This document shows positions 52,130-64,000 of a stretch of DNA of 64,000 bases, piece by piece (position 1 is the stretch's first letter; every line of letters begins with the position of its first letter). The DNA comes from Octopus vulgaris. Its lineage: Eukaryota. The notes under the pieces were generated by a model. The model saw only the letters and a program-made list of their open reading frames with translations, did no database searches and had not been told where the DNA came from. The position numbers and the translations under genes are program-made. The stretch covers positions 34,968,001 through 35,032,000 of the forward strand of contig OX597826.1 of the NCBI GenBank assembly GCA_951406725.2, read 5' to 3'.

Positions 52130-52294
52130 TTATTAGCCTTGGGAGATCCTCTCATACAGGCGCTTTGTGAATAAAATCACACAAATAGGTCGTAGCAGAC
52201 GAAAGTACTTTGTTATGGTCGCCACCTGCTACGATCTATGTTTGTGATTTAATCCATCAAACGCCTTTATAAGAGGATCACTCAAGGCTAATAA
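52130..52294. mobile_element. Foldback/palindromic MITE-like element
   Basis: TTATTAGCCTTGGGAGATCCTCTCATACAGGCG...AAATCACACAAATAGGTCGTAGCAG mirrored by CTGCTACGATCTATGTTTGTGATTT...CGCCTTTATAAGAGGATCACTCAAGGCTAATAA. Confidence 0.75.
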
Positions 52295-53018
52295 CGCAAG
52301 ATTTAGTGTTCTAACAAGGCATTCCTGTTAAGTTCAATATAAATATTAACTTTTGGTATTCATTACTGCTTTCATCATTTATAATCAATAATTGGAAATA
52401 TTCAACTTCCTTGTTCAAAGTCTTAAAAATCAGATCCACAGGGATTAAATTATATCCCTTACTTATACAGTATTGATAAACTAGATACCAGTAATACTTT
52501 GAGGTCTATTCCACTATATTCTATCTTTACAAATATGTATTCTAATTACAGAACAACAAATCAGTATTTTTGAAATTTTAGAAATATCGCTACTAGCTTG
52601 TCTATTCTTTATATTATTTTCATTCCTTCGAAAAATCTCTTTACATCGATAATATTTTTTTTTTCTAAATACCAGAATCTTTACAACAATGTTATTACCT
52701 TACTTGTCTTTTAAAGAATTTCTTAGCCAGCATGATCGGCTAGTGGAACCTGATACACTATTACATATGTTATGCATTATACATCTAAACCATAGCATAT
52801 TCTGCACACACATGTAGTTGATATCCGTTTTACACAAGTAAATGTTTAGATGTGTCTGGTAAATTTACATAGCTTGTATTGATTGGATCATTGTTTGACG
52901 ATTAGAGCTTTGATAATTTGTTTAAGATGTACAAACATTCAAAGATTGTTTACCCAGAGGGATATTGAATAGCAAATTGTTTTGCATCAAGGATTCCCAA
53001 GAGGAAGAAAGAGTGTGC

Positions 53019-53062
<44 letters not shown>

Positions 53063-53493
53063 ATATATATATATGTGTGTGTGTGTGTGTGCGCATATAT
53101 ATATGTGTGTGTGTGTGTATAAGTAGGGGAGAACAGAGAGAGAGAAAGGGTAAAAGAAGAAGAATATGTAGAGATGTTGCTTCTAGCAGTGTTTACAATA
53201 CATATATCAATTAAATATAGGATATCATATTTGATCCTTTTGCATTGATTTCCTTCTTAGCATTTCGAAATTAGAAGCTTATTTCTTCTCTGTTGCTTTA
53301 TAACAGCATTCAAGAAATATTAATGTGAATTTTATCAGAAATAATTTCAATCTACTTATGGATACTTGTAATAAATAACTTGAAATTTCATTAAGAAATT
53401 GTTGTTTTATTTTCAATATAATATCTATTTTACTGAAGTAACTCATCAATACAGAGATTGTGTTTATTTGTGCGTGTGTGTGTGTGTGCGTGT

Positions 53494-53571
<78 letters not shown>

Positions 53572-54044
53572 ATCTCGTCTCTCCGACACCATCCCCGCCC
53601 CGCTTTTGTCGTTCTGCTAAGTAAAAAGCTTTTTAGGTTATTAAATAAATTCAAAATATTATCGAAATGGCTTATGACTTCCTCATAAAATTCTCTTTAG
53701 GGAGCCAACAGATACACCTTAATGAATTAATGGAGTCATTTACTTGTTGTCGCTCCTGGGAATTCAACGAGGCAAGGCAACTGTTCGGAAATGTTTGTTT
53801 CATGGACAATTAGAGAAGTCAAATTTTGCGCATTCCCCTGATATAAAAATGTTTGTAACAAATTAGATCATTGTTGCATATAAAGTATCACTTCCAATGG
53901 GACTCTGTTTCAAAAGACATATATATAATAAATATGTAGCATCTGGTATGGATGATAATCTAGTCATTACTGCGTTTGTATAAGGTGGTGCAGTGGTTGA
54001 AATAGTGCAGCAACGTATTAAATGTCTTTTCATTATTTAGTTCT

Positions 54045-54195
54045 ATATTTCCTGCTATTTCCGAGTTCAAATCCCGCAGAGGTCGACTTTGCATTTTATT
54101 CTTTTGGGGGTCGATGAAATAAATACCAGTTGAGACTGGAGTCGATGTTATCGACATGTTCTTCTTCCAATATTGCGGGCCTTGTGCCAAACTTT
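54045..54195 (+). mobile_element. SINE family A fragment
   Basis: GAGTTCAAATCCCGCAGAGGTCGACTTTGC...GGGGTCGATGAAATAAATACCAG. Confidence 0.75.
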
Positions 54196-54224
54196 AAAGC
54201 CATTATTTAACTCTATATTTCCCA

Positions 54225-54408
54225 CTCATTTACTTGTTTCAGTCATCCGACTGCGGCCATGCTGGAGCACCACCTTTAGTCGACTAATCGACTCCAGGAC
54301 TTATTCTATCGTTTTCTTTTTGCTGAACCGCTAAAAGACGGGGACGTGAACACGCCAACACCGGTTGTCAAGCGATGGGGGGGTGCAAACACAGACACAC
54401 ACACATTA

Positions 54409-54447
<39 letters not shown>

Positions 54448-54608
54448 GACGGATTTCTTTCAGTTTCCGTCTAACAAATCCACTCACAAGGCTTTGGTCG
54501 GTTTGAGGCTATAGTAGAAGGCACTTGCCCAAGGTGCCACGCAGTAGGGCTGAGCCCGGAGCTATGTGGTTGGTAAGAAAGCTACTTGCCACACAGCCAC
54601 TCGTGCGC
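54225..54608 (-). mobile_element. SINE family B, full length
   Basis: Reverse complement is colinear with 37261-37690. Confidence 0.88.
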
Positions 54609-55058
54609 TATTGATATTCTGAGTTCAAATCCCGCCGATGTCAGCTATAGCTTTCATCTTTTGGGGGATCAATAAACTGAAGTCAAGTAATAGTGTTGAT
54701 AGAATCGACAAACTTGTTTCCTTTAGAAATTGCTGGCATTGTGCCCAAATCAGAAGCAAGTATTTAGTTCTATATATCTATGCTTTCCAATAGAAATCAC
54801 TGCGTTTTTATTCTTACACATTAATCAAATAACAGTTGTTCCCACAGTCACACAAAATGTGAGTCTTTACAAACTTGTGGCTGTCTATATCGGCAAACAT
54901 TATAGCAAAAAGTGCTTTGATTATGGTGAGTTCAAAAACAGGACAGATACTCCATCTGAGAGAGAGGGAAACTTAATTTCTCCGAAACAAACGATATATT
55001 TCAATTCGTTGACATAAATATTTTCCCCTCTCTCTCATTATTTCTCTGTCTGTTCGTT

Positions 55059-55096
<38 letters not shown>

Positions 55097-56071
55097 TAGC
55101 AAAAGTTCAAATCCAAATTATCAGATTTCTCTAATCCGCATGTCATTAAATTTAAACAAATATACGTCTCAGTACCAGTAATTACCTAAGGTTTTACTCA
55201 ATTGATTTAATTTCTCTACAAAAAAAGAAACATGCTTACTCTTGTATTTCTTAGCGATGACTTTCACTTACTAATAATTTACCATCATAAGCTGCTATTA
55301 AAAACTTACAAAACTGGAATACAATACACTTGTAGTAACAAAAAACTGTATTTTACGCATATAAATATATACATGCAATCACGCACACACACACACACGT
55401 ATAGATGTATGTATAAAATATTTTATCTATAATTGTTAGTCGAACGAAATGTATTTTGTCGGACTAACGATTATGGATTAAATATTTATTCTATTTACTC
55501 TCAGACATATCTTTTGTGTTTGTTTTTTGTTCCTTTTTTTTTTGTTCTAGATGTCTGGACATAGTTTCTTTCGAATTTTTCAATTTGGGAACACACACGT
55601 GCACAAATATTTATGCATGTAAATCTATATATATTTTTTTTTTATTTGTGTGCGTGTGTATGTATATTTTCTGTATGATTTTTGTTTTAGTTTTCATTCG
55701 GAGAATTCAGGCTGGCCACTGACCGAGCGGCAAGACATTTTTACGTCCATTTGTAGGTTTTGAGTTCAAATTTCTCTGGATCGATACAATATGTATCAGA
55801 TGGATACTGGGGTCTCTGTAATTGACAAGCCCAATCCCCTAAAAACATCGGGCCTTTTGCCTGTTGTACAAAGGATTGATACATTTATTCATTTAGATGA
55901 AGAAATATCAGAATGATTTTAAATACATTTATTTTTATCCCGATTCATGGAATCTTCAAAATTTTATTTCCCCGAAAAGTCCTTATTTTAATCATTTGTT
56001 TTCATTCGAATTTGAAACATTGGCATAAAGCAATAGGATTATACTTACATATATGTATACATGTGTGTTAG

Positions 56072-56153
<82 letters not shown>

Positions 56154-56257
56154 CATACAAATATTTAGATTCAGATGAATATGGTACTTACGTTGAAGGC
56201 ATCAGAATTTAGTACGGTATTATCCATACAACTTCAAAATAAGGTGATTAAAATCAG

Positions 56258-56317
56258 AATAAGCAACAAGGATATCCAGAGGTAATGCATTACCTCTGGA
56301 TATCCTTGTTGCTTATT
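56258..56317. repeat. Perfect 60-bp palindrome with no spacer
   Basis: AATAAGCAACAAGGATATCCAGAGGTAATG|CATTACCTCTGGATATCCTTGTTGCTTATT. Confidence 0.95.
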
Positions 56318-56328
56318 TATATATATAT

Positions 56329-56421
<93 letters not shown>

Positions 56422-57984
56422 TGTGTCTGTCAAACTGAACATGAAACACGAAATCTAATTTGGAGTTCTGATCTTTCCGTTCTGACCTGCTTCATCGATA
56501 TACATTGGTATGCATGTAATATTGGTTTCAAATTTTGCTCAACTAGTACTTATTTCATCGACCCCGAAATGACAAGAAGCAAATTCAGATTCTGTGGAAT
56601 TTGGTTTGAGAATATAAAGACGGAACAGATGCTTTAAAGCATTTTTCCCGGTGCGGTAACAATTCTGTCAGTCCACTGCCATTGTATGGTATATTAATCA
56701 ACTGATTAATCAACCAGTTAATTTATTAAACTGTTAGCTGTAAACCATTCTCGTCTAAATATATTATGGCGGATTTTAGATTTTCAGAGTTTCCCCCAAC
56801 ATATATTTTGGTGGGGGTGGCACTGCATAGCATCGGAGATACAAACATCGAAATTGCTCTATTTCGAGAATGCAACAAATTACCACATTTAGTTTAGTAT
56901 ATATCCCAAATTGAAGGTGTTCTAAACAATGGGGGATTCAACACATGAAAAGTATTTATTGGCGAAAAGATTGTAAAACAATAATACAAAAATTCGCAAA
57001 CCAATACATAATTATGTCTAATTAGATAAAAATTGATGTTCCTATTACTTGCAAATTCTTTGCTCAAAGATTACCTGCTCTATGTCTGTACATATATGTG
57101 TATTTCGGGTCTTCTATCTCTTTCGCTCCACCGAATTTCCATCAAGCCTCTTTCGGTCTTCAGCGTGGCAATCACTGCTGTATCCTCAACCACTCATTTA
57201 CTCTCTTCAAAATTATAAAATATTGTCTTTCCGGTCTCTATTCTCTTCCATAATTCTTCTAACCACTCTTGTATTCACCTTCCCATTTAACCTATCAGCC
57301 CAGTTCAAAATTATGCATCCACTTCGATGTCATGCAAACGACCCACACGTAATTATCGCCCTCAATCTACTTACATAGAGTCAATTAAACCCTCTGTCAC
57401 CCAATACACTTCACAACTTCCCCTCACAAACATAGATACACCCTCATCTCTTTCACTTTCTTATTCCCTTAACTCCACTATGTACACCAGCACATCAACA
57501 CACACATGCCATCTTACAGCTTCTCGCTAAGACATACTTAGCCACACATATCTACTTTCTACCCACGTGTAAAAATAAGTACACATATATAAACTTACAC
57601 TCGACTTTACACACATAAACAAAACCTTACGAGAACGTACACGTGGTGAGTCAATACCTTCACATCTATATACACACCTATACACACACACTGTCTCCCT
57701 GCCCGTGAAAACACCACCAACCTTGACAACTGTACTCTTCGCTTGCTTTGTTTATTTCTCTCAACAATAGCAAAACTTCACCATTAATCTCACGCCAATT
57801 TACGCATAATCGCTTGCACAGATGTGCAATGAGACACACAGTAACACCCGATTCCTCAGACTACTACTTCTCTGCAAAAACTGTAAACGCCACTAAAAGA
57901 TATACGTGTTCACCTTCATAACAATGTTCCTGACTATTTCCTCTTTCTCATCTGGTTTCATCCTTAGATATCAGCCTATATATA

Positions 57985-58340
57985 TATATATAAAGAGAGA
58001 GAGGGAGAGAGAGTAAGTCAATTGAAAAAGACACAGAGAAAAAAGAAAAAAGTAACAAATGTGAGAACTTAGCACAAACAAGGTAGTAATAAGACGCTCA
58101 GAGAAAGTAAAGAGTAGTAGTTTTACGTTTCGAGCATAGCTCTTCTTCGGAAACAGGAAAAACAGGAATGTCCAAGAAGAGGGTAAAAAAATCGCCAACG
58201 TGCGGTTACATTTCTAAAGTACCCGGAAGTAGAAGGAATGAAGAGAAAGTGCTTTCTGGGACAGGAGAGTGTGAAGTCACGAAGTGTAATCCATTGGTCG
58301 TCAGACAGTCGTAATGATTGAATTTGAGTGGCATCTTTGC
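57985..58340 (-). mobile_element. PLE-type terminal fragment with a hammerhead-like motif (58120-58154)
   Basis: Reverse complement GTTT-CCGAAGA-A-GAGC tat GCTC-GAAA-C-GTA-AAAC, preceded by CGTTGGCGATTTTTT as at 5886. Confidence 0.7.
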
Positions 58341-59644
58341 TTGAACTTGCTCTCAATTATGCATATATAGCATTTGTGTATAACGACGATGTTTGTTTTA
58401 GGATACAATAGCTTTCTCATCACATGGCGCATATACCCACCACATATTGGATTTTCGAGATGAAGTGCAGTGTAGTTATATTATTAGGGTGTATGGGTTA
58501 TGCTATTCAGCATATTGTCAATTCGACTGTAACTTAATTTTTCAAGATTTTCTCCTGTAAATTGTTTCATGAATTTATGTTAATAAATTTACGCAGGAGA
58601 GAGTTTCACAATTTAAAATGAATCATTTGGTGACAATCCATGTGAGAAACAAGCAATATTTTGGCATACATTTTCTGAGATTCAGCACATAGTGTAATAC
58701 GTATATAAGTAATTATATGCTTGAATACTTTCTTAATTTAATATCATCAAGAATCTTTATGTTCTGGGGAAATAATATGGGAAAATGGGCTCCTTGTCAA
58801 CTACCTGAAGAATGGTAGTTAAATGTGCAGGCCTGAATTCTTCTAACAGAAACGAAGCATCACAAAAAAAATAAGTCTCCCAAATAGACACTAAATCAAC
58901 AAGTAACATCTGCCCTTTCAATCATGGAATTTTTATAAGGGTAAACTATGTGTTACATTTCTGTAGCATTCCTATATATTAAATATATTTCAAATCGAAG
59001 TTTGGCTTATATAAAATGCTGACCCACTATTATGTTACTTTTGTGAATGTAGTAAATATTAATTTGTCTCTGTTTTTCACATGCAGTACAAAATTGCTCA
59101 ATATACTTTGTCATGTGTAATTTTATTTGTAAAACCACCATGAGGTAAATTATATATTTCTGATCTGATTTATTGTTATATCAAGCAAAAATAATTTTGT
59201 TCTCTTCTGGTGTATTTTTATGTTATTAAACTTTACATTTAGCTTTCAGTTATATTCCAATATAACATGTCTTCAACTTGCACTCAGTATGAAATTAAAT
59301 TCTATGAGATCCTGGAAATGTCTTTTAAATATCTTTATATTATAAATCATTTCATGCTTTATCATAATAAATTGTTATACGATTTCTTCTACAATCACTC
59401 ATTTGAAAAAGGAAAGAAAAGAAAGAAACAGACAGTAAAATAATCCGAAATACATAACAAAATATTTGTTCACAATATTTCTTCTACATTGTGTATTCTC
59501 TTTTCAGATATAACATGTAAATACGCACACACACACACATATATATATATTATACATGCACACACGCGCACACACTCACACACACACATATATATATATA
59601 TACAGAGACGGAACGCACGCATCCATTTCTAAGTAAGATTGTTC

Positions 59645-59716
<72 letters not shown>

Positions 59717-60012
59717 TATATATTAAGATCTACATATGCAGTCAACATACACACACGCGTTTATATATATGAAGAGAGAGAGAGAAAATATCTGATCCAA
59801 ATACTAGAAAGATGCAAACAAGTACGATTTTATACCCATGTGCAACAAATAATTCACCTGAGCTCCCAGTTACCCCCATTTTAGCTTTGTTCTAATCAAA
59901 GCACGAATCAAATACGAACAAATAATGAAACTATGTTTATTAAAAACTACAAACCATGACTGATTAAGTTATGCCAACATATCGAACAGATATATTCAAA
60001 AGTCACCAGTGA

Positions 60013-60328
60013 AGGCGCGTGGCTTAGTGGTTAGGATACTCGACTCACGATCGTAAGGTCGTGAGTTCGATTCCCTGCGGCACGCTGTGTCCTTGAGCAA
60101 CTCACTTTTTTTTCATGCTGTTCATCTCCGCTCAGCGAAAGTGAGAAATACCTGTAATCCAAAGGGTCAGCCTTGTCTCATATAGTTCCACTTTGAATCT
60201 CTCTCAGAATTACATTAAAGGTACGCATGTCTGTGGAGTACTCAACCATGTGCACGTTAATTTCTTGAACAGGTTGTTCCGTTGATTGGATCAACTGGAA
60301 ACCTTGTCGTCGTAATCGACGGAATACT
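60013..60328 (+). mobile_element. tRNA-derived SINE family D
   Basis: A box TGGCTTAGTGG, B box GAGTTCGATTCC; tail GTTCCGTTGATTGGATCAACTGGAA..GTCGTCGTAATCGACGGA shared with 62243-62523. Confidence 0.82.
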
Positions 60329-60919
60329 AGTTTACTTACCTTCAGAGCACTAAAACAATTCTATTGCTGTTCACACTCACAAACATAAATACATACACAA
60401 ACATATACACTCATACTTACAAGTATACAACTTATGTTTTTAAGTTTAGCTATTCTGTCAGCCTATTTCTTATACTGCCACATGACACCTTCCCTGGATT
60501 TGCATAGCCTTGACTTTTGGTGCAATTAATGACCATTCAATGGTATTCAATGGTATGCAAACACAGACGTGTTATTAATACTGCCCTACGACGCATTCAC
60601 TGGAGGGTCACAGGCTTTCTTTGGTGCATTTACCGTGCACTGAGTCACATGACGATGACGTTAAAACGCGAACGTCGTGGAAGACGAGAAAGTTGCTCTG
60701 CTAGACCATATGTCCAATTTTAACCAATGAAACTGTATAGAAACTGGTAACAGTGTGAGCCATTATGTTTTCTGAAAAATAAATGAAATTTCAGTCTCTG
60801 CCAGCATCGTAATAAATACGTGTAGCTCTAGAGGCCTTCACCTCATACTGCCTTTCAAAATCAACAAATTCTGAAACTGTTTAAGTGGAGGTAAGTAAAT
60901 CTTTCTAGAGATTCCAATT

Positions 60920-61192
60920 AGGCGCAAACATTGCTCTGTGGTAAGAAGTTTGCTTCCGAACCACAAAATTCCAGGTTCGGTCCCAATAGGTGGCTCCTTG
61001 GGCAAGTATCTTCTACAACAGCCCGGGCCGAGCAAAGCATTAGGAATAGATTTGGTAGACAGAAAGTGAAAGAAGCCCATTTTTTATATATAGGTGTGGG
61101 GGTGTATTTGCGTTTGAACCCGGTATTGGCTTGTGTACGACCACATAACTTCAGAATAAATGACCAATAGAATAAGTACCACGGTTAAAAGA
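60920..61192 (+). mobile_element. Degraded SINE family B copy
   Basis: TGTGGTAAGAAGTTTGCTT...CCTTGGGCAAGTATCTTCTAC...GATTTGGTAGACAGAAAGTGAAAGAAGCCC. Confidence 0.75.
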
Positions 61193-61638
61193 ATAAATAG
61201 ATTGAGACTGGTATTTAAGATTTCACAAAACAATGTTAGCAAGTGATAAGGTTAAGGTGGTTGGTGGCTTTGTATTACTTATAGTTTTTCACCTGTTTAT
61301 TTTCAGTTGGTGCTGATTATTACTTAAGTATGTCACAGTGTGATTAATATCGGATATTTGTTAATAATATGCTTTAATCACCAGAAGAGTAAGTAGATAG
61401 TTTCAAAGGTTATGGGTCAGCATGTTTGACTTTAGGGGATAGTTGTCCTGGAAAATATTTGGTTCAATTTATATATTTTTAGCGTATGACTTTAAGGGGG
61501 TGAGGGTTTTGAATGCTATTTTATGTAAATATTTCTTTTATTCAGTTTCAAGCAAGGGTATTTTGCATGTTATTTGTAATTATTAAAAAATACATAAATA
61601 TACAGAGAGACAGAAGACATATACACATACAAACGTTG

Positions 61639-61681
<43 letters not shown>

Positions 61682-61942
61682 TGTAAAAATGTCTGTGTGT
61701 ATAAGTGGCCGATATTTCAAGTTTTCACAAATATATCTCAGAGACACGTGTTCCTCTAATTGTCATCTCTAGAAGCATTATTAATCTGTTATCATGGTTA
61801 TAAGCTTATTGGCGTCTTAAATATATCTGTTATGCACTTAACTGTGTGTGTATTTAAGTATGTGCACAGGATTTTGTAATATATATAATGAGTGGGTAAT
61901 GAGTGTATACTGCAAGAATGGTCCGGTTCTTGTCCCATTTTG

Positions 61943-61999
<57 letters not shown>

Positions 62000-62201
62000 A
62001 TATACACATATATATATATACATATATATATATACACACACACACATATATATACATACATATATATATACACACACATACATATACACACACATACATA
62101 CATATACATACACTCGCACATATATATAAATACATACACACACACATATATACATATACTCACACACATACACACATACATACATACATATATATATATA
62201 T

Positions 62202-62240
<39 letters not shown>

Positions 62241-62242
62241 GA

Positions 62243-62523
62243 GGATTCCGTCGGTTACGACGACGAGGATTCCAGCTGATACGATCAACGGAACAGCTTG
62301 CTCGTGAAATTAACCTGCAAGTGGCTCAGCATTCCACAGTCAGGTATACATTTAACGCAGTTCTCAGGGAGATTCAGCGTGAGGCAGAGTGTGACAAGGC
62401 TGCCCCTTTGAAATGCAGGTACTACTTATTTTTGCCAGATGAGTGGAAATAAAATGTCTTGCTCAATGACACAACTACCTTACGATCATGAGCCGAATGT
62501 CTTAAGCACTAAGCCACACGCCT
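62243..62523 (-). mobile_element. SINE family D-related copy
   Basis: TCCGTCGGTTACGACGACGAGG.TTCCAG.TGAT.CGATCAACGGAACA is the reverse complement of the 60275-60325 tail. Confidence 0.78.
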
Positions 62524-64000
62524 TTATATGTGTGTATGTGTGTGTAATAAGAAAAGGGAGGAGAATTTCGATTATCTCTACGTGGTGAATTGTAATGCAA
62601 AAATGAATATATAAAATTAAAGAAGGAAATGTGTTGGTCGAGTGGTTTCGCTTTTGCTAATTATGACATCGAAATTATTTTAATTTCGTATTTTTAAAAA
62701 AGATTTTAGTCCATGTTCTTGTATGGAAGTTTGTGAATGAAACAAGTAGAAAAATCTATGGGAAGGTAACTGGTGATTGTTATTCGAGAAAGGGGAGGTA
62801 ATTGCTCATTTTTTTTTCGTATGGGGATAAATAAATATATAGGCAATCATACACTGCACACACATACACACACACACACACACAGAGACACACTCTCTCT
62901 CACACACACACACACACACATATATATACATAATCAGACACTACAAATGACTACAATATTTGGGATTGTAAACGTCTGGAACAGCTTAAGATTTAACAGA
63001 TGATGAACAAGATACTTTCTTTCACAACCTTGCTACAAAGTAGGTGGACGGTCAAAATTTATAATAAAAATAACGATAATAATAATGATGATGATGATGA
63101 TGATGATCAAGTAGATGAAAGCTACTCTCATATTCGTCAGATTCAGAACTAAATTGTCTATTAGAAAAACAGCAAGTTTATGTTAAAAACATGAAGAACC
63201 AGTGTAAGATTATACAATTGCAACTCCCATTCTTTTATCTACACAAAAATTTATCAAATGATTTCTTACAATATTGTGTGTGTATTTCTAAGAGTGCTAT
63301 GGTGATATTCTTCTACTTGTGATATCTTAGTATAACATTGTCAATATAACTGACTTGTCTCTGCAATCCATTTCACATGTTTAACACAAAGAAGAGATCC
63401 TCTCTGTGGAGAAAAATGAAAATTCCTTAGGGTAAGTTAAACATCCCTAAATGTTGTTGACTCTTTTTCAACCAATGATCTGGAATTTTAAGTCAACATC
63501 ACCAATCGTTTTAACCCATCTTTCTTCCAGAATCACACCCGTACATTCTTAATCCTGATTTCACTCAATCACATCTATATAACTCTAGGAGAAAGCACAA
63601 GATGATCAGTCCATAGCATTATAATCCATTACCATTTAAACTGACCAAATCTGGTCCAAATATTCTACCCATTTCAGGTTCAAACTGGTCAGATTTGACC
63701 TCTCATAGCTACCTTACTCTCTCATTATAAATGTAAACAACCACATCAAATTTTTTCAATTTATGAGACAATACATGGTTAATTCCAAACAATGTGACTA
63801 AATAAGCATTAGATTTGACAAAGTAATCTGTACATTGATGGGTGGAACCTGACAATGGAATAAGTCTAATTCTCAAGAACTGGAACGGTCCCTTCTACAA
63901 GATTCCATGTAGTTTCTATCACCAAATTTCCCTTGCAAGACATTTGCTGAATATACAATGTAGAAGGATGTAGCTGAAACCATGTTGCTGAGAAGTAAAT

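Overview
AT-rich, microsatellite-dense animal genomic DNA. The SINE repertoire looks cephalopod/Octopus-like (inference). No host protein-coding gene could be identified, and most ORFs in the track are translated (TA)n/(CA)n/(AAT)n repeats. Recognisable content: a near full-length but disabled R4/Dong-clade non-LTR retrotransposon (RT plus restriction-like endonuclease, ~28.1-32.0 kb); several RTE-clade LINE fragments, one with a clean twin-priming-type inversion; a non-autonomous Helitron; four families of tRNA-derived SINEs; and several MITE/foldback elements. The most interesting signal is about a dozen type I hammerhead ribozyme (HHR) motifs read by eye, including U3-A8 compensated cores. 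They sit in short elements inserted in (TA)n tracts, often with inverted 5' copies of their own tail, which is typical of Penelope-like elements (PLEs). Two stand out: (i) a 360-nt HHR-bearing unit with a 46-nt terminal redundancy, which looks like the genomic copy of a circular retrozyme-type RNA (21057-21553); (ii) a composite 'PLE ORF end - tRNA-like Pol III cassette - (AAT)n - HHR' module (21900-22237, and apparently split around the Dong element at 27245/32245). All structures were folded by eye and no searches were run.
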